A DNA stretch of 25,903 bases. Source: Parvibaculales bacterium (GTDB lineage Bacteria > Pseudomonadota > Alphaproteobacteria > RS24). The notes under the pieces are model-generated. The model had not been told where the DNA came from, made no database searches, and saw only the letters and a list, made by a program, of their open reading frames with translations. This document shows, in pieces, positions 8,964 to 16,822 of this stretch (position 1 is its first letter; every line of letters starts with the position of its first letter). The DNA lies in NCBI GenBank assembly GCA_051010295.1, contig JBPCVS010000016.1, forward strand, positions 1 through 25,903, read 5' to 3'. The position numbers and the translations under genes were made by a program.

Positions 8964-10415
8964 TCACCGCCGCCAAAAAGCTGGCGCAAGCATGACCAAA
9001 ATGCTCAAAAACTCCAACCGCCCTAGCATCATGCCAAAAGCCAATGTCCATTTGGCGGCATCTGGCAAAGAGGCATAATTGCCGCTTGGCCCAACCACAT
9101 GCCCAAGCCCTGGCCCCACATTGGCAATAGCGGCTGCCGATGCCGATAGGGCAGTCAATGTGTCCAAACCCATGAGCGACAAAGCAAGCGATGTAAAGGC
9201 AAAAGTAATGAGAAAAATAGCCACAAAGCCGATGATTGAATTGGCAACTTCTTCTTCCAACACGCGGCCATTATAGCGAATAATAAAAACCCCATTTGGC
9301 AAAACAAGCTGGCGAATATAACGCCAGCCCGCTTTCAACACCACTTGCACACGAAAAATTTTTAGCCCGCAGGCGGTTGAACCCGCACACCCACCAATAA
9401 AGGTGAGAATAAAAAATAGCGCGACCGCAAATGGCCCCCAATTATTATAATCGGTGACGCTATAGCCAGTGCCAGATAAAATGGAGGTGGTGGAAAAACC
9501 AGATTGCAAAAACCGCCTTGCGCCATCACTCATTTGCATATCTGGCACTTGATAGAGCCACATAATAAATGCCGCCCCTAGCGCAATAGCAAGAAAAACG
9601 CGGATTTGCGAATCTTGCCAAAGGGCGTTGACCTTGTCATTCATGGCACGCAAATAGGCAACAAAAGGCAAAGATGAGGCCAGCATAAAAATAATGGCAA
9701 CCAGCTCAATCGCAGGCGCATCAAAAGAACCAAGACTGCCATTGCGAGTTGAAAAACCACCCGTTGCGATGGTTGTCATGGCGTGGGCGACTGCATCAAA
9801 AATGGGCATACCCGCCACCCAATAAGCCAGCGCACAAGCAATGGTGATACCAAAATAAAGCTGCATTAGCGAGCCAGCAATTTGTGCCGTGCGCGGCAGA
9901 ATTTTTTCCGAATTATCAGAACTTTCCAACCGAAATAATTGCATGCCGCCAACATTGAGCATTGGTAGCACCGAAATAGCCATTACAATAATGCCGATGC
10001 CGCCAAACCATTGCAACAAAGCCCGCCATAGCAAAATGCCGGGCGGTGCGTTATCCAAATCGGTTATAATGGTGGCGCCCGTTGTGGTCAGCCCCGACAT
10101 GGCTTCAAAAAATGCGTCAGTATAGCTCAGCTCCATCGCACCAAAAGCAAAAGGCAGGGCGGCAAAACTCGTGAGGGTCAGCCATGAAAAACCAGTCAGA
10201 ATAAAAGCTTGTTTGGTAGAAAGCGGTGGTAATTCGCCCCGATTGGTCAAAATAAGCAACCCCGAAACAAAGCCAGTAACCAGTGCGCTGGTGATAAACA
10301 CCCGAAACTCATCATGGCCTGCCAATGCGTCTATCAGTGCGGGAATCAAAAGCCCGACAGCCACTGCAGCCAGCAATATGCCGATAATAAAAAAAATGGT
10401 GCGTTGGTCGCTCAT
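8964..10415 (-). CDS. trkH: Trk potassium uptake membrane protein
   Basis: Four pore-loop motifs (SGLTTTGAT, IATGGFST, LSGTGYS, ANVGPGLG), GGCAGSTACGLK and C-terminal GRLE. Confidence 0.93.
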   Translation of the reverse strand: MSDQRTIFFIIGILLAAVAVGLLIPALIDALAGHDEFRVFITSALVTGFVSGLLILTNRGELPPLSTKQAFILTGFSWLTLTSFAALPFAFGAMELSYTDAFFEAMSGLTTTGATIITDLDNAPPGILLWRALLQWFGGIGIIVMAISVLPMLNVGGMQLFRLESSDNSEKILPRTAQIAGSLMQLYFGITIACALAYWVAGMPIFDAVAHAMTTIATGGFSTRNGSLGSFDAPAIELVAIIFMLASSLPFVAYLRAMNDKVNALWQDSQIRVFLAIALGAAFIMWLYQVPDMQMSDGARRFLQSGFSTTSILSGTGYSVTDYNNWGPFAVALFFILTFIGGCAGSTACGLKIFRVQVVLKAGWRYIRQLVLPNGVFIIRYNGRVLEEEVANSIIGFVAIFLITFAFTSLALSLMGLDTLTALSASAAAIANVGPGLGHVVGPSGNYASLPDAAKWTLAFGMMLGRLEFLSILVMLAPAFWRR

Positions 10416-10440
10416 CGCATAATATCCGCTTATTTGCCGT

Positions 10441-11637
10441 TTAATCTAGCTGTGCAAGGGCTTGTTGAAAATCAGCAAGCAAATCATCGCCATCTTCCAG
10501 CCCTACCGATACACGCAATGAAGCACCGCTAATACCTAATTCATGTTTGGCTGCTTCTTCCAACTTAAAATGAGTGGTGGTGGCAGGATGTGTAATCAGT
10601 GTTTTTGCATCACCGAGATTATTGGAAATTTTAGCAATGGTGAGCGCGTTTTCCAGTTTGAAAGCTTCGGCTTTGCCGCCTTTTATATCAAAAGCAATCA
10701 AATTGCCGCCGCGTTGCATTTGCGCCATCGCCAAATTATGTTGCGGGTGGGCTTTATCGGCGGGATAAAAAACCCGCTCAATTTTTTTATGCGCGCTCAA
10801 AAAATCGCATAATTTTTCGGCATTATCACAATGGGCATGCACGCGCAAAGCCAGTGTCTCTAGGGCTTTCACCATCACCCACGCATTAAAGGGGCTTAAA
10901 GATGGCCCTGTCTGGCGCAAAAAATTGGCCAATGTGTCGTGGATATAAGCCTCATGCCCAATAATAATACCACCCAAACAACGTCCCTGCCCGTCAATAT
11001 GTTTGGTGGCACTATAAACCACAATATCGGCACCAAACTCAAACGGCTTTTGCAAAATCGGGGTGGCAAATACATTATCAACCACCAGCAAAGCATCATT
11101 TTCATGCGCCAAATCAGCCACTGCGCGCATATCAATAATTTCCAGCACTGGATTAGAAGGCGTTTCTAAAAACAACATTTTGGTTTCGGGGCGCATGGCG
11201 GCTTTCCACGCTTGTATGTCGCGGCCATCAACCAATGTGCAATCAACGCCAAAACGCGGCAATAATGTTTCAACAACATAACGGCACGAGCCAAATAGCG
11301 CACGAGCAGCAACAATATGGTCGCCCGCTTGCACACAGCTCATCATAGAAGCTGTTACGGCCGCCATGCCAGTTGCGGTGGCACGCGCATCTAATTTGTG
11401 GCCGCATGTGCCAGTTTCTAGCGCAATCATGCGTGTTTCAAACATCCGCACAGTCGGATTACCAAAGCGCGAATAAATATAGCCATCTTCTTCTTCAGCA
11501 AAACGTGCGGCGGCTTGTTCGGCACTGTCATATACATAGCCAGAAGTTAAATAAAGTGCCTCGCTGGTTTCACCAAAAGCCGAACGATTTTGGCCCTCAT
11601 GCACCATATTGGTTTGGGTGTTATATTGTTTTTTCAT
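10441..11637 (-). CDS. metZ: O-succinylhomoserine sulfhydrylase
   Basis: Cys/Met-metabolism PLP motifs YSRFGNPT, LETPSNP and YSATKHIDGQGR; SAM riboswitch upstream. Confidence 0.92.
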   Translation of the reverse strand: MKKQYNTQTNMVHEGQNRSAFGETSEALYLTSGYVYDSAEQAAARFAEEEDGYIYSRFGNPTVRMFETRMIALETGTCGHKLDARATATGMAAVTASMMSCVQAGDHIVAARALFGSCRYVVETLLPRFGVDCTLVDGRDIQAWKAAMRPETKMLFLETPSNPVLEIIDMRAVADLAHENDALLVVDNVFATPILQKPFEFGADIVVYSATKHIDGQGRCLGGIIIGHEAYIHDTLANFLRQTGPSLSPFNAWVMVKALETLALRVHAHCDNAEKLCDFLSAHKKIERVFYPADKAHPQHNLAMAQMQRGGNLIAFDIKGGKAEAFKLENALTIAKISNNLGDAKTLITHPATTTHFKLEEAAKHELGISGASLRVSVGLEDGDDLLADFQQALAQLD

Positions 11638-11687
11638 CGCTCTTTCTCATCATTTCTATTGCTGCGTCCACCATGTGATATTGACGC

Positions 11688-11715
11688 AATAAAAAACCGG
11701 CCTGTGGCCGGTTTT
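11688..11715 (-). terminator. Intrinsic terminator in the metZ leader (riboswitch expression platform)
   Basis: Minus strand reads aaaaccggcc-aca-ggccggtttttt-att. Confidence 0.8.
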
Positions 11716-11725
11716 CGCCCGGCCA

Positions 11726-11779
11726 TTTTAGCTGTTTATTTAACGTGGCCGCAAGCCGACCGGCTCAAATTACCACGTT
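11726..11779 (-). ncRNA. SAM-II (SAM_alpha) riboswitch aptamer
   Basis: Minus strand reads aacgtggtaatttgagccggtcggcttgcggccacgttaaataaacagctaaaa. This has P1 aacgtgg/ccacgtt and the ATTTG, TTGC and 3' GCTAAA elements of the SAM-II consensus, and lies upstream of metZ. Recognised from memory of the consensus, not by a covariance-model search. Confidence 0.88.
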
Positions 11780-11784
11780 GGATA

Positions 11785-11813
11785 AGCATGTCTAAAAAAT
11801 CGGCGCACGTCAA
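11785..11813 (-). promoter_or_regulatory. sigma70-type promoter for riboswitch-metZ
   Basis: TTGACG (11813-11808, overlapping the lysS stop codon), a 17-nt spacer, then CATGCT (11790-11785). The predicted start site coincides with the aptamer 5' end. Confidence 0.7.
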
Positions 11814-13396
11814 GCCTGTTTTCGTGCCAAAGCCACATCAATCAGCGCGATGGTTTGGGCAATGCCATAGAGTGCCACAAAAGAGCCAAAACGCGGCCCT
11901 TGTTTTTGCCCCAACAAAACTTCGTATAATGTGCCAAACCAGCCGCGCAAATCATCTTCAAAATGCGCCTTGCCAATAGCATAAATCGCGCTTTGAATTG
12001 TTTCACCATCGGCTTTTTTCGGCAGTGCGTCCAGTGCCTCTTTAAGCGCGATAAGCGCGGTTTGTTCGGCACTATCTGGCGCACGAAAAGCTTTGTTGGG
12101 TGCTACAAAATCACGATAATAAGCCAGCGCGTAATCGGTTAAATTATCCAACAAAGGCTGGGTTTCGGGGCTGGCATCGGGCGCGTAGGCGACAATAAAA
12201 CCCCATAACACATTTTTATTTTCTGCATTGGACGCGCTGACAAGATTAAGCAGAAGCGCGAAACTCACCGATATATCCGCTTGGGGTGGCGCGCCATTGT
12301 GAATATGCCAAACGGGGTTGGCCAGCTGGTCGGCTGGTTCTTGTGTATGAAATTTATTAAGCAAGGCCAGATAATCATCCACCGCTTTGGGTATCACATC
12401 AAAATAAAGCCGCTTGGCTTTGCGCGGATTTTGAAACATATAAAGCGATAGGCTTTGCGGCGGCGCATAGCTGAGCCATTGTTCAATGGTCAGCCCATTG
12501 CCGCGTGATTTGGAAATTTTCTCGCCATTTTCATCAAGAAATAATTCATAAGAAAAATTTTCAGGCGGTGTGCCGCCCAAAGCCTGCACAATGCGCGAAG
12601 AAAGTTTTACCGATTCTGATAAATCTTTGCCCGCCATCTCATAATCAACCCCCAATGCCAGCCAGCGCATCGCCCAATCGGCCTTCCATTGCAGCTTGCA
12701 CGCCCCCCCCGTCACTTTGGTTTCAATCACTGCACCATTATCAGGGTGTTGATAATTTATAATGCCGCCCGCTTTATCAATGGGCGTTACTGGCACCATC
12801 AAAACGCGGCCTGTATCAGGGCAAATTGGCAAAAATGGCGAATAGGTGCGTTGACGTGCTTCGCCCAAAGTCGGCAAAATTATATCGCGGATTTTTTCAT
12901 AATGCGCCAATATCTGCAAAAGTGTCGCATCAAATGCGCCCGATTGATATTTGGCTGTCGCGCTGACAAATTCATAATCAAAGCCAAAACTATCCAAAAA
13001 AGCCTGCAGCCGCGCATTATTATGCGCCGCAAAACTATCATGCGTGCCAAATGGGTCTGGCACGGCGGTTAGCGGCTTGTCCAAATGCGCCGCCAGCATA
13101 TCACCATTGGGGATATTATCTGGCACTTTGCGCAACCCATCCATATCATCAGAAAAACACAGCAGGCGGGTTTTAATATCTGGCGCAAGCAGACAAAACG
13201 CATGGCGCACCATGCTGGTGCGCACCACCTCGCCAAAAGTGCCAATATGCGGCAGACCTGAAGGGCCATAGCCAGTTTCAAACACCGCCTCATTTTGGCT
13301 GGTATTTTCGCACCGCCGCAAAATTTTGCGGGCCTCCTCAAAAACCCATATTTTTGTGTCTTGCGCCAATGATTGAAGCGACATGACCATCTCCAT
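11810..13396 (-). CDS. lysS: Lysine--tRNA ligase, class I
   Basis: [12 protein letters not shown] (HIGH-like), KISKSRGN (KMSKS-like), WKADWAMRW and GPRFGSF. Start could be 13396, 13390 or 13384. Confidence 0.95.
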   Translation of the reverse strand: MEMVMSLQSLAQDTKIWVFEEARKILRRCENTSQNEAVFETGYGPSGLPHIGTFGEVVRTSMVRHAFCLLAPDIKTRLLCFSDDMDGLRKVPDNIPNGDMLAAHLDKPLTAVPDPFGTHDSFAAHNNARLQAFLDSFGFDYEFVSATAKYQSGAFDATLLQILAHYEKIRDIILPTLGEARQRTYSPFLPICPDTGRVLMVPVTPIDKAGGIINYQHPDNGAVIETKVTGGACKLQWKADWAMRWLALGVDYEMAGKDLSESVKLSSRIVQALGGTPPENFSYELFLDENGEKISKSRGNGLTIEQWLSYAPPQSLSLYMFQNPRKAKRLYFDVIPKAVDDYLALLNKFHTQEPADQLANPVWHIHNGAPPQADISVSFALLLNLVSASNAENKNVLWGFIVAYAPDASPETQPLLDNLTDYALAYYRDFVAPNKAFRAPDSAEQTALIALKEALDALPKKADGETIQSAIYAIGKAHFEDDLRGWFGTLYEVLLGQKQGPRFGSFVALYGIAQTIALIDVALARKQA

Positions 13397-13502
13397 TTTT
13401 TACCCCTAAACTGCCTTTAGGTTTTGCAAATGTGCGGCGAACCTATCAGTCCGCATTTTATTGTCAATTGCCAAACGCCCATGATAACGGCATATAAGAC
13501 AG

Positions 13503-13940
13503 ATGAGCAATGCAATCCCCCAGTTGAACCCACACCAAGCTATGTTGGCTTGCCTAACATTGGTGATGGCAGTCAATGGTGCGCCAAGCACTAAAACCCG
13601 CGATTTATTGATGCGTTTGTGCGCCGCCACGCGGGGTTTTGCAATCATAATAGAGGAGGATACCATACAAAACGAAGCACAAATGGAGGCTATGACGCTT
13701 GATATTTTATCCGCCCCTGATGGTATGAATACATTATTGGAGCTGGCCGCACCAGTGCTGACAATGGAGGCGCGCCAATTAACTTATGCGTTGGCGGTGG
13801 ATTTTGTGCTGGCCAATAATAAGCTAACGCCAGAAGAAATGCGGGTGCTGGATATTCTGGCCGACACTTTCAAACTTGATAAACTTACCCGCGCCGCCAT
13901 TGACCGCGCCGCGCAAATCCGTTTGCAACCTTATTTTTAA
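13503..13940 (+). CDS. TerB-family (tellurite resistance-like) protein
   Basis: 145-aa helical protein with TYALAVDFVLAN..LTPEEMRVLDIL..LDKLTRAAIDR, resembling the stand-alone alphaproteobacterial TerB-family proteins; divergent from lysS. Confidence 0.7.
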   Translation: MSNAIPQLNPHQAMLACLTLVMAVNGAPSTKTRDLLMRLCAATRGFAIIIEEDTIQNEAQMEAMTLDILSAPDGMNTLLELAAPVLTMEARQLTYALAVDFVLANNKLTPEEMRVLDILADTFKLDKLTRAAIDRAAQIRLQPYF

Positions 13941-13944
13941 TGTT

Positions 13945-14049
13945 ATGCATGCTTTATCCACATTTTTTCTTTTGTTGTTTTTGTTGTTTGGGTTGCGTTT
14001 TATTTATTTTTCCACACTGGGATACGCATTTATTGCCGTTATTTTATAA
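13945..14049 (+). CDS. Putative 34-aa hydrophobic small protein, in frame with the GT2 (copy 1)
   Basis: MHALSTFFLLLFLLFGLRFIYFSTLGYAFIAVIL*. ATG lies 4 nt after the terB stop. Three of four differences from copy 2 within the ORF are synonymous in this frame. Confidence 0.45.
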   Translation: MHALSTFFLLLFLLFGLRFIYFSTLGYAFIAVIL

Positions 14050-14100
14050 TGTAGCTTCTGGCTTCTGGCATTATTTTGTCTGCCCTGTCAGAGTTGGTTT

Positions 14101-15591
14101 ATGGGTGAGGATGAAGACAGAGATAGTTTCTCTGATAGGGGAACGGATGGGTGGGATTTTTCAGATGATAATTCAGATGATGACTCACATGATGATTCAC
14201 AAGTCCCTGATACTCTAGAAGAAAGCACGATGGCTTATTTGCCTGCGGGTGCTTCTCATACACACCATAACAACATGGAACATCCTCATTTTTTACCTGC
14301 TTTTTTGGTTGTTCTTGTTTTTGGGTTGGTGTTTTTGGGTGCGGGCTTAATTGATGTGTTTGACAGCTTTCTAATATGCCTCTGGGGTGTGCATTTTTTT
14401 GGTGTATTGCCCCTATTACTGACACTGGAAACCCCAATCATTGCTTGGGGCAAGATAGATAAAAGCACGATAGATAACGCACATCATGATTTACCAATTT
14501 ATTCTATTTTAGTGCCAGTCTATCGGGAAGCCAATATGCTGTCCCAAATGGCCAAAGGTCTGGCCGCCCTTGATTATCCATCTGACCGATTGGATATTAT
14601 TATTTTGTTAGAAAGCGATGATAAGCGCACCTATCAGGCGGCACAGGCGATTAACTGGCCAGCTGGCACAAATTTGCTAGTGGTGCCTGATGGGGTGCTA
14701 CGCAATAAGCCACGTGCGTGTAATTATGGTCTAAAACAAGCACGCGGTGCGTTTTTGGTAATTTATGATGCTGAAGATATTCCCCACCCCCAACAATTAC
14801 GTGCCGCCATTGCCCGCTTTGAGGCAGACACTGACAAGCTTGCTTGCCTGCAATCGCCCCTATGTATTTTGCCCAACCATCATGGCTGGCTAGAAAGCCA
14901 TTTTCTGTTAGAATATAGACAGCTCTTTGGAGTTATTTTACCCGTTTTATGTATGTTTAATATGCCAATTCCATTGGGTGGAACCTCTAATCATTTCAAA
15001 ACCAGCATATTGCGCGACATTGGTGGCTGGGACCCATGGAATTTAACCGAAGATGCTGATATTGGCCTAAGGCTGGCATTGGAGGGCTATAAAATAGCCA
15101 TGATTGATGTGCCAACTTTTGAGAATGCACCCCATAGTGCAAAAATATGGATGCACCAACGCACCCGTGGGTTGAGTGGGCATATTCAAACATTGGGCAC
15201 ACATGGCTTTGTGTTTGATGATTGGATAATCAGGCGTGGCTTGCTGGCCACCCTATCAATGATAAGTATTTTATTGTGTCGTTTGCTCAGTGGCGTTCTC
15301 ACCATGTGTTGCGGGGTGCTTACCTTATGTGCTGTTTTGGGGATTCGCCCATGGCATTCTTCAACCATTTTTATATATATCGCATTAGGCGTTTATGTTG
15401 GTATCTTTGTTGTCAATATGCGGCTATTGCGTGATTTTCCTATCCGACACCGCTTATTTATTGTGTTCACAACGCCTTTTTATTGGCTGATGACCAACCC
15501 GGCTTTTGCCCGCGCCTGCTGGCGCATCGCAACTGGCAACCTAAAATGGATAAAAACACCACACAAACCACACACAGATACGATAAAATAA
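14101..15591 (+). CDS. Membrane GT2 glycosyltransferase, copy 1 (QRTRG variant)
   Basis: Motifs ILVPVYRE, KPRACNYGL, IYDAED (DxD-type), LGGTSNHF, GGWD..TEDADIG and WIKTPH with flanking TMs. The QxxRW motif reads QRTRG (GGG at 15169-15171). Confidence 0.9.
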   Translation: MGEDEDRDSFSDRGTDGWDFSDDNSDDDSHDDSQVPDTLEESTMAYLPAGASHTHHNNMEHPHFLPAFLVVLVFGLVFLGAGLIDVFDSFLICLWGVHFFGVLPLLLTLETPIIAWGKIDKSTIDNAHHDLPIYSILVPVYREANMLSQMAKGLAALDYPSDRLDIIILLESDDKRTYQAAQAINWPAGTNLLVVPDGVLRNKPRACNYGLKQARGAFLVIYDAEDIPHPQQLRAAIARFEADTDKLACLQSPLCILPNHHGWLESHFLLEYRQLFGVILPVLCMFNMPIPLGGTSNHFKTSILRDIGGWDPWNLTEDADIGLRLALEGYKIAMIDVPTFENAPHSAKIWMHQRTRGLSGHIQTLGTHGFVFDDWIIRRGLLATLSMISILLCRLLSGVLTMCCGVLTLCAVLGIRPWHSSTIFIYIALGVYVGIFVVNMRLLRDFPIRHRLFIVFTTPFYWLMTNPAFARACWRIATGNLKWIKTPHKPHTDTIK

Positions 15592-15607
15592 AATAAAGGA
15601 TTTTACT

Positions 15608-16792
15608 TTACACCTGCCGTTTGCGTAGCATTTCGGGCGTGAGTTGTGACAGATTACGCACGCCCATCAGCTTCATGCCCCGTTCTATTTCCGCTTGCAT
15701 ATTGCCAAGTGCTTTTTCCACACCAGCTTGCCCACCACCAGCGAGAGCATAAAGATACATGCGGCCGCCCGAGCAAGCCGTTGCGCCCAGTGCCATTGCT
15801 TTCAACACATGCGTGCCGCGCCGAATGCCACCATCAAGAATAATTTCAATATCACCACCAACCGCTTGCACAATTTCTTCTAGCTGGTCAAAAGGTGCGC
15901 GCCCGCCATCAAGCTGGCGGCCACCATGATTAGAAATCATAATAGCATCTGCGCCTAAACTGACAGCACGGCGAGCATCACTTACACTCATAACACCTTT
16001 GAGACAAAATTTACCGCCCCAGCTCTGGCGCAAATGGGCGGCATCATCCCAATTCATATTTTGGTCAAGCATGGTAGAAAAATAATCACTAATTGAAATG
16101 GCAATGTTTGAGCCTTGCCCGACATAATCTTTTAATTGCGATAGTTCAAATTTTTTGCGCAACAAATAATTGAGCGTCCATCTAGGTTTGATAGCAAATT
16201 CAAACAGGCTGTTGAGTGTGAGACGTGGCGGTGAAGTAAAACCAGTATGTAAATCGCGCTCACGATTGCCGCCTGTAATAGTATCCACAGTCAGGGTGAG
16301 AATATCAAATTTGGCTTGTTTAGCCATCTCCAACATGGCGGCATTGAGGGCTCTATCTTTGTGAAAATAAAATTGAAACATTTTAGGCGTGGTAATCAAT
16401 GCGCCAATCTCAGACAAGCCAACCGTGCCAAGCGAAGACACACCAAATAAAGTGTCATATTTCTCTGCCGCCCGTGCTACTGCGCGTTCGCCCTCATGGT
16501 GAAACAGGCGTTGCAATGCAGTCGGCGCACAAAATATGGGTAAGCCTAGGCGATGCCCCATCACCTGAACCGACATATCAATATCAGCCACACCCGCCAA
16601 TATGTTCGGCACTAAATCATAATCGTTAAAAGCTTGGCTGTTGCGCCGATAGGTCACCTCATCATCGGCCGCCCCATCAATATAATGAAAAATCGGTGCG
16701 GGCAAACGCTTGCGCGCCAATATGCGCAAATCATCAATATTTCTGCACTTTGCCAAAGATTGCGTCAATGAAAGGGGAAAATGGGGCATCAA
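15608..16792 (-). CDS. FMN-dependent alpha-hydroxy acid oxidase/dehydrogenase (LldD-like)
   Basis: Motifs FHYIDGAA, APTALQ, SNHGGRQLD and DGGIRRGTHVLKAMALGA. Substrate (lactate, glycolate or other) cannot be determined from the sequence. Confidence 0.9.
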   Translation of the reverse strand: MMPHFPLSLTQSLAKCRNIDDLRILARKRLPAPIFHYIDGAADDEVTYRRNSQAFNDYDLVPNILAGVADIDMSVQVMGHRLGLPIFCAPTALQRLFHHEGERAVARAAEKYDTLFGVSSLGTVGLSEIGALITTPKMFQFYFHKDRALNAAMLEMAKQAKFDILTLTVDTITGGNRERDLHTGFTSPPRLTLNSLFEFAIKPRWTLNYLLRKKFELSQLKDYVGQGSNIAISISDYFSTMLDQNMNWDDAAHLRQSWGGKFCLKGVMSVSDARRAVSLGADAIMISNHGGRQLDGGRAPFDQLEEIVQAVGGDIEIILDGGIRRGTHVLKAMALGATACSGGRMYLYALAGGGQAGVEKALGNMQAEIERGMKLMGVRNLSQLTPEMLRKRQV

Positions 16793-16822
16793 ACCAGCCT
16801 TATTTATGCTTTGCTGAGATTA

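Larger units (their letters stand above)
13935..15603 (+). repeat. Left arm of ~1.67-kb inverted repeat
   Basis: Reverse complement of 18164-19830 with scattered substitutions. The outer boundary ttttaatgttatgc includes the terB stop; the inner boundary is taaaggattt. Confidence 0.95.

Noticed and set aside
8960-8966. Convergent genes abutting or overlapping without terminators (RND/trkH; esterase/ccdA at 22522-22525)
   Set aside because: Typical of compact genomes; no specific function is supportable.
11810-13396. Class I LysRS as unusual
   Set aside because: Common in alphaproteobacteria.
13940-14218. 92-aa Cys/Phe-rich ORF (and its mirror 19559-19825)
   Set aside because: Differences between copies are non-synonymous in this frame but synonymous in the 13945 frame, so it is a shadow ORF.
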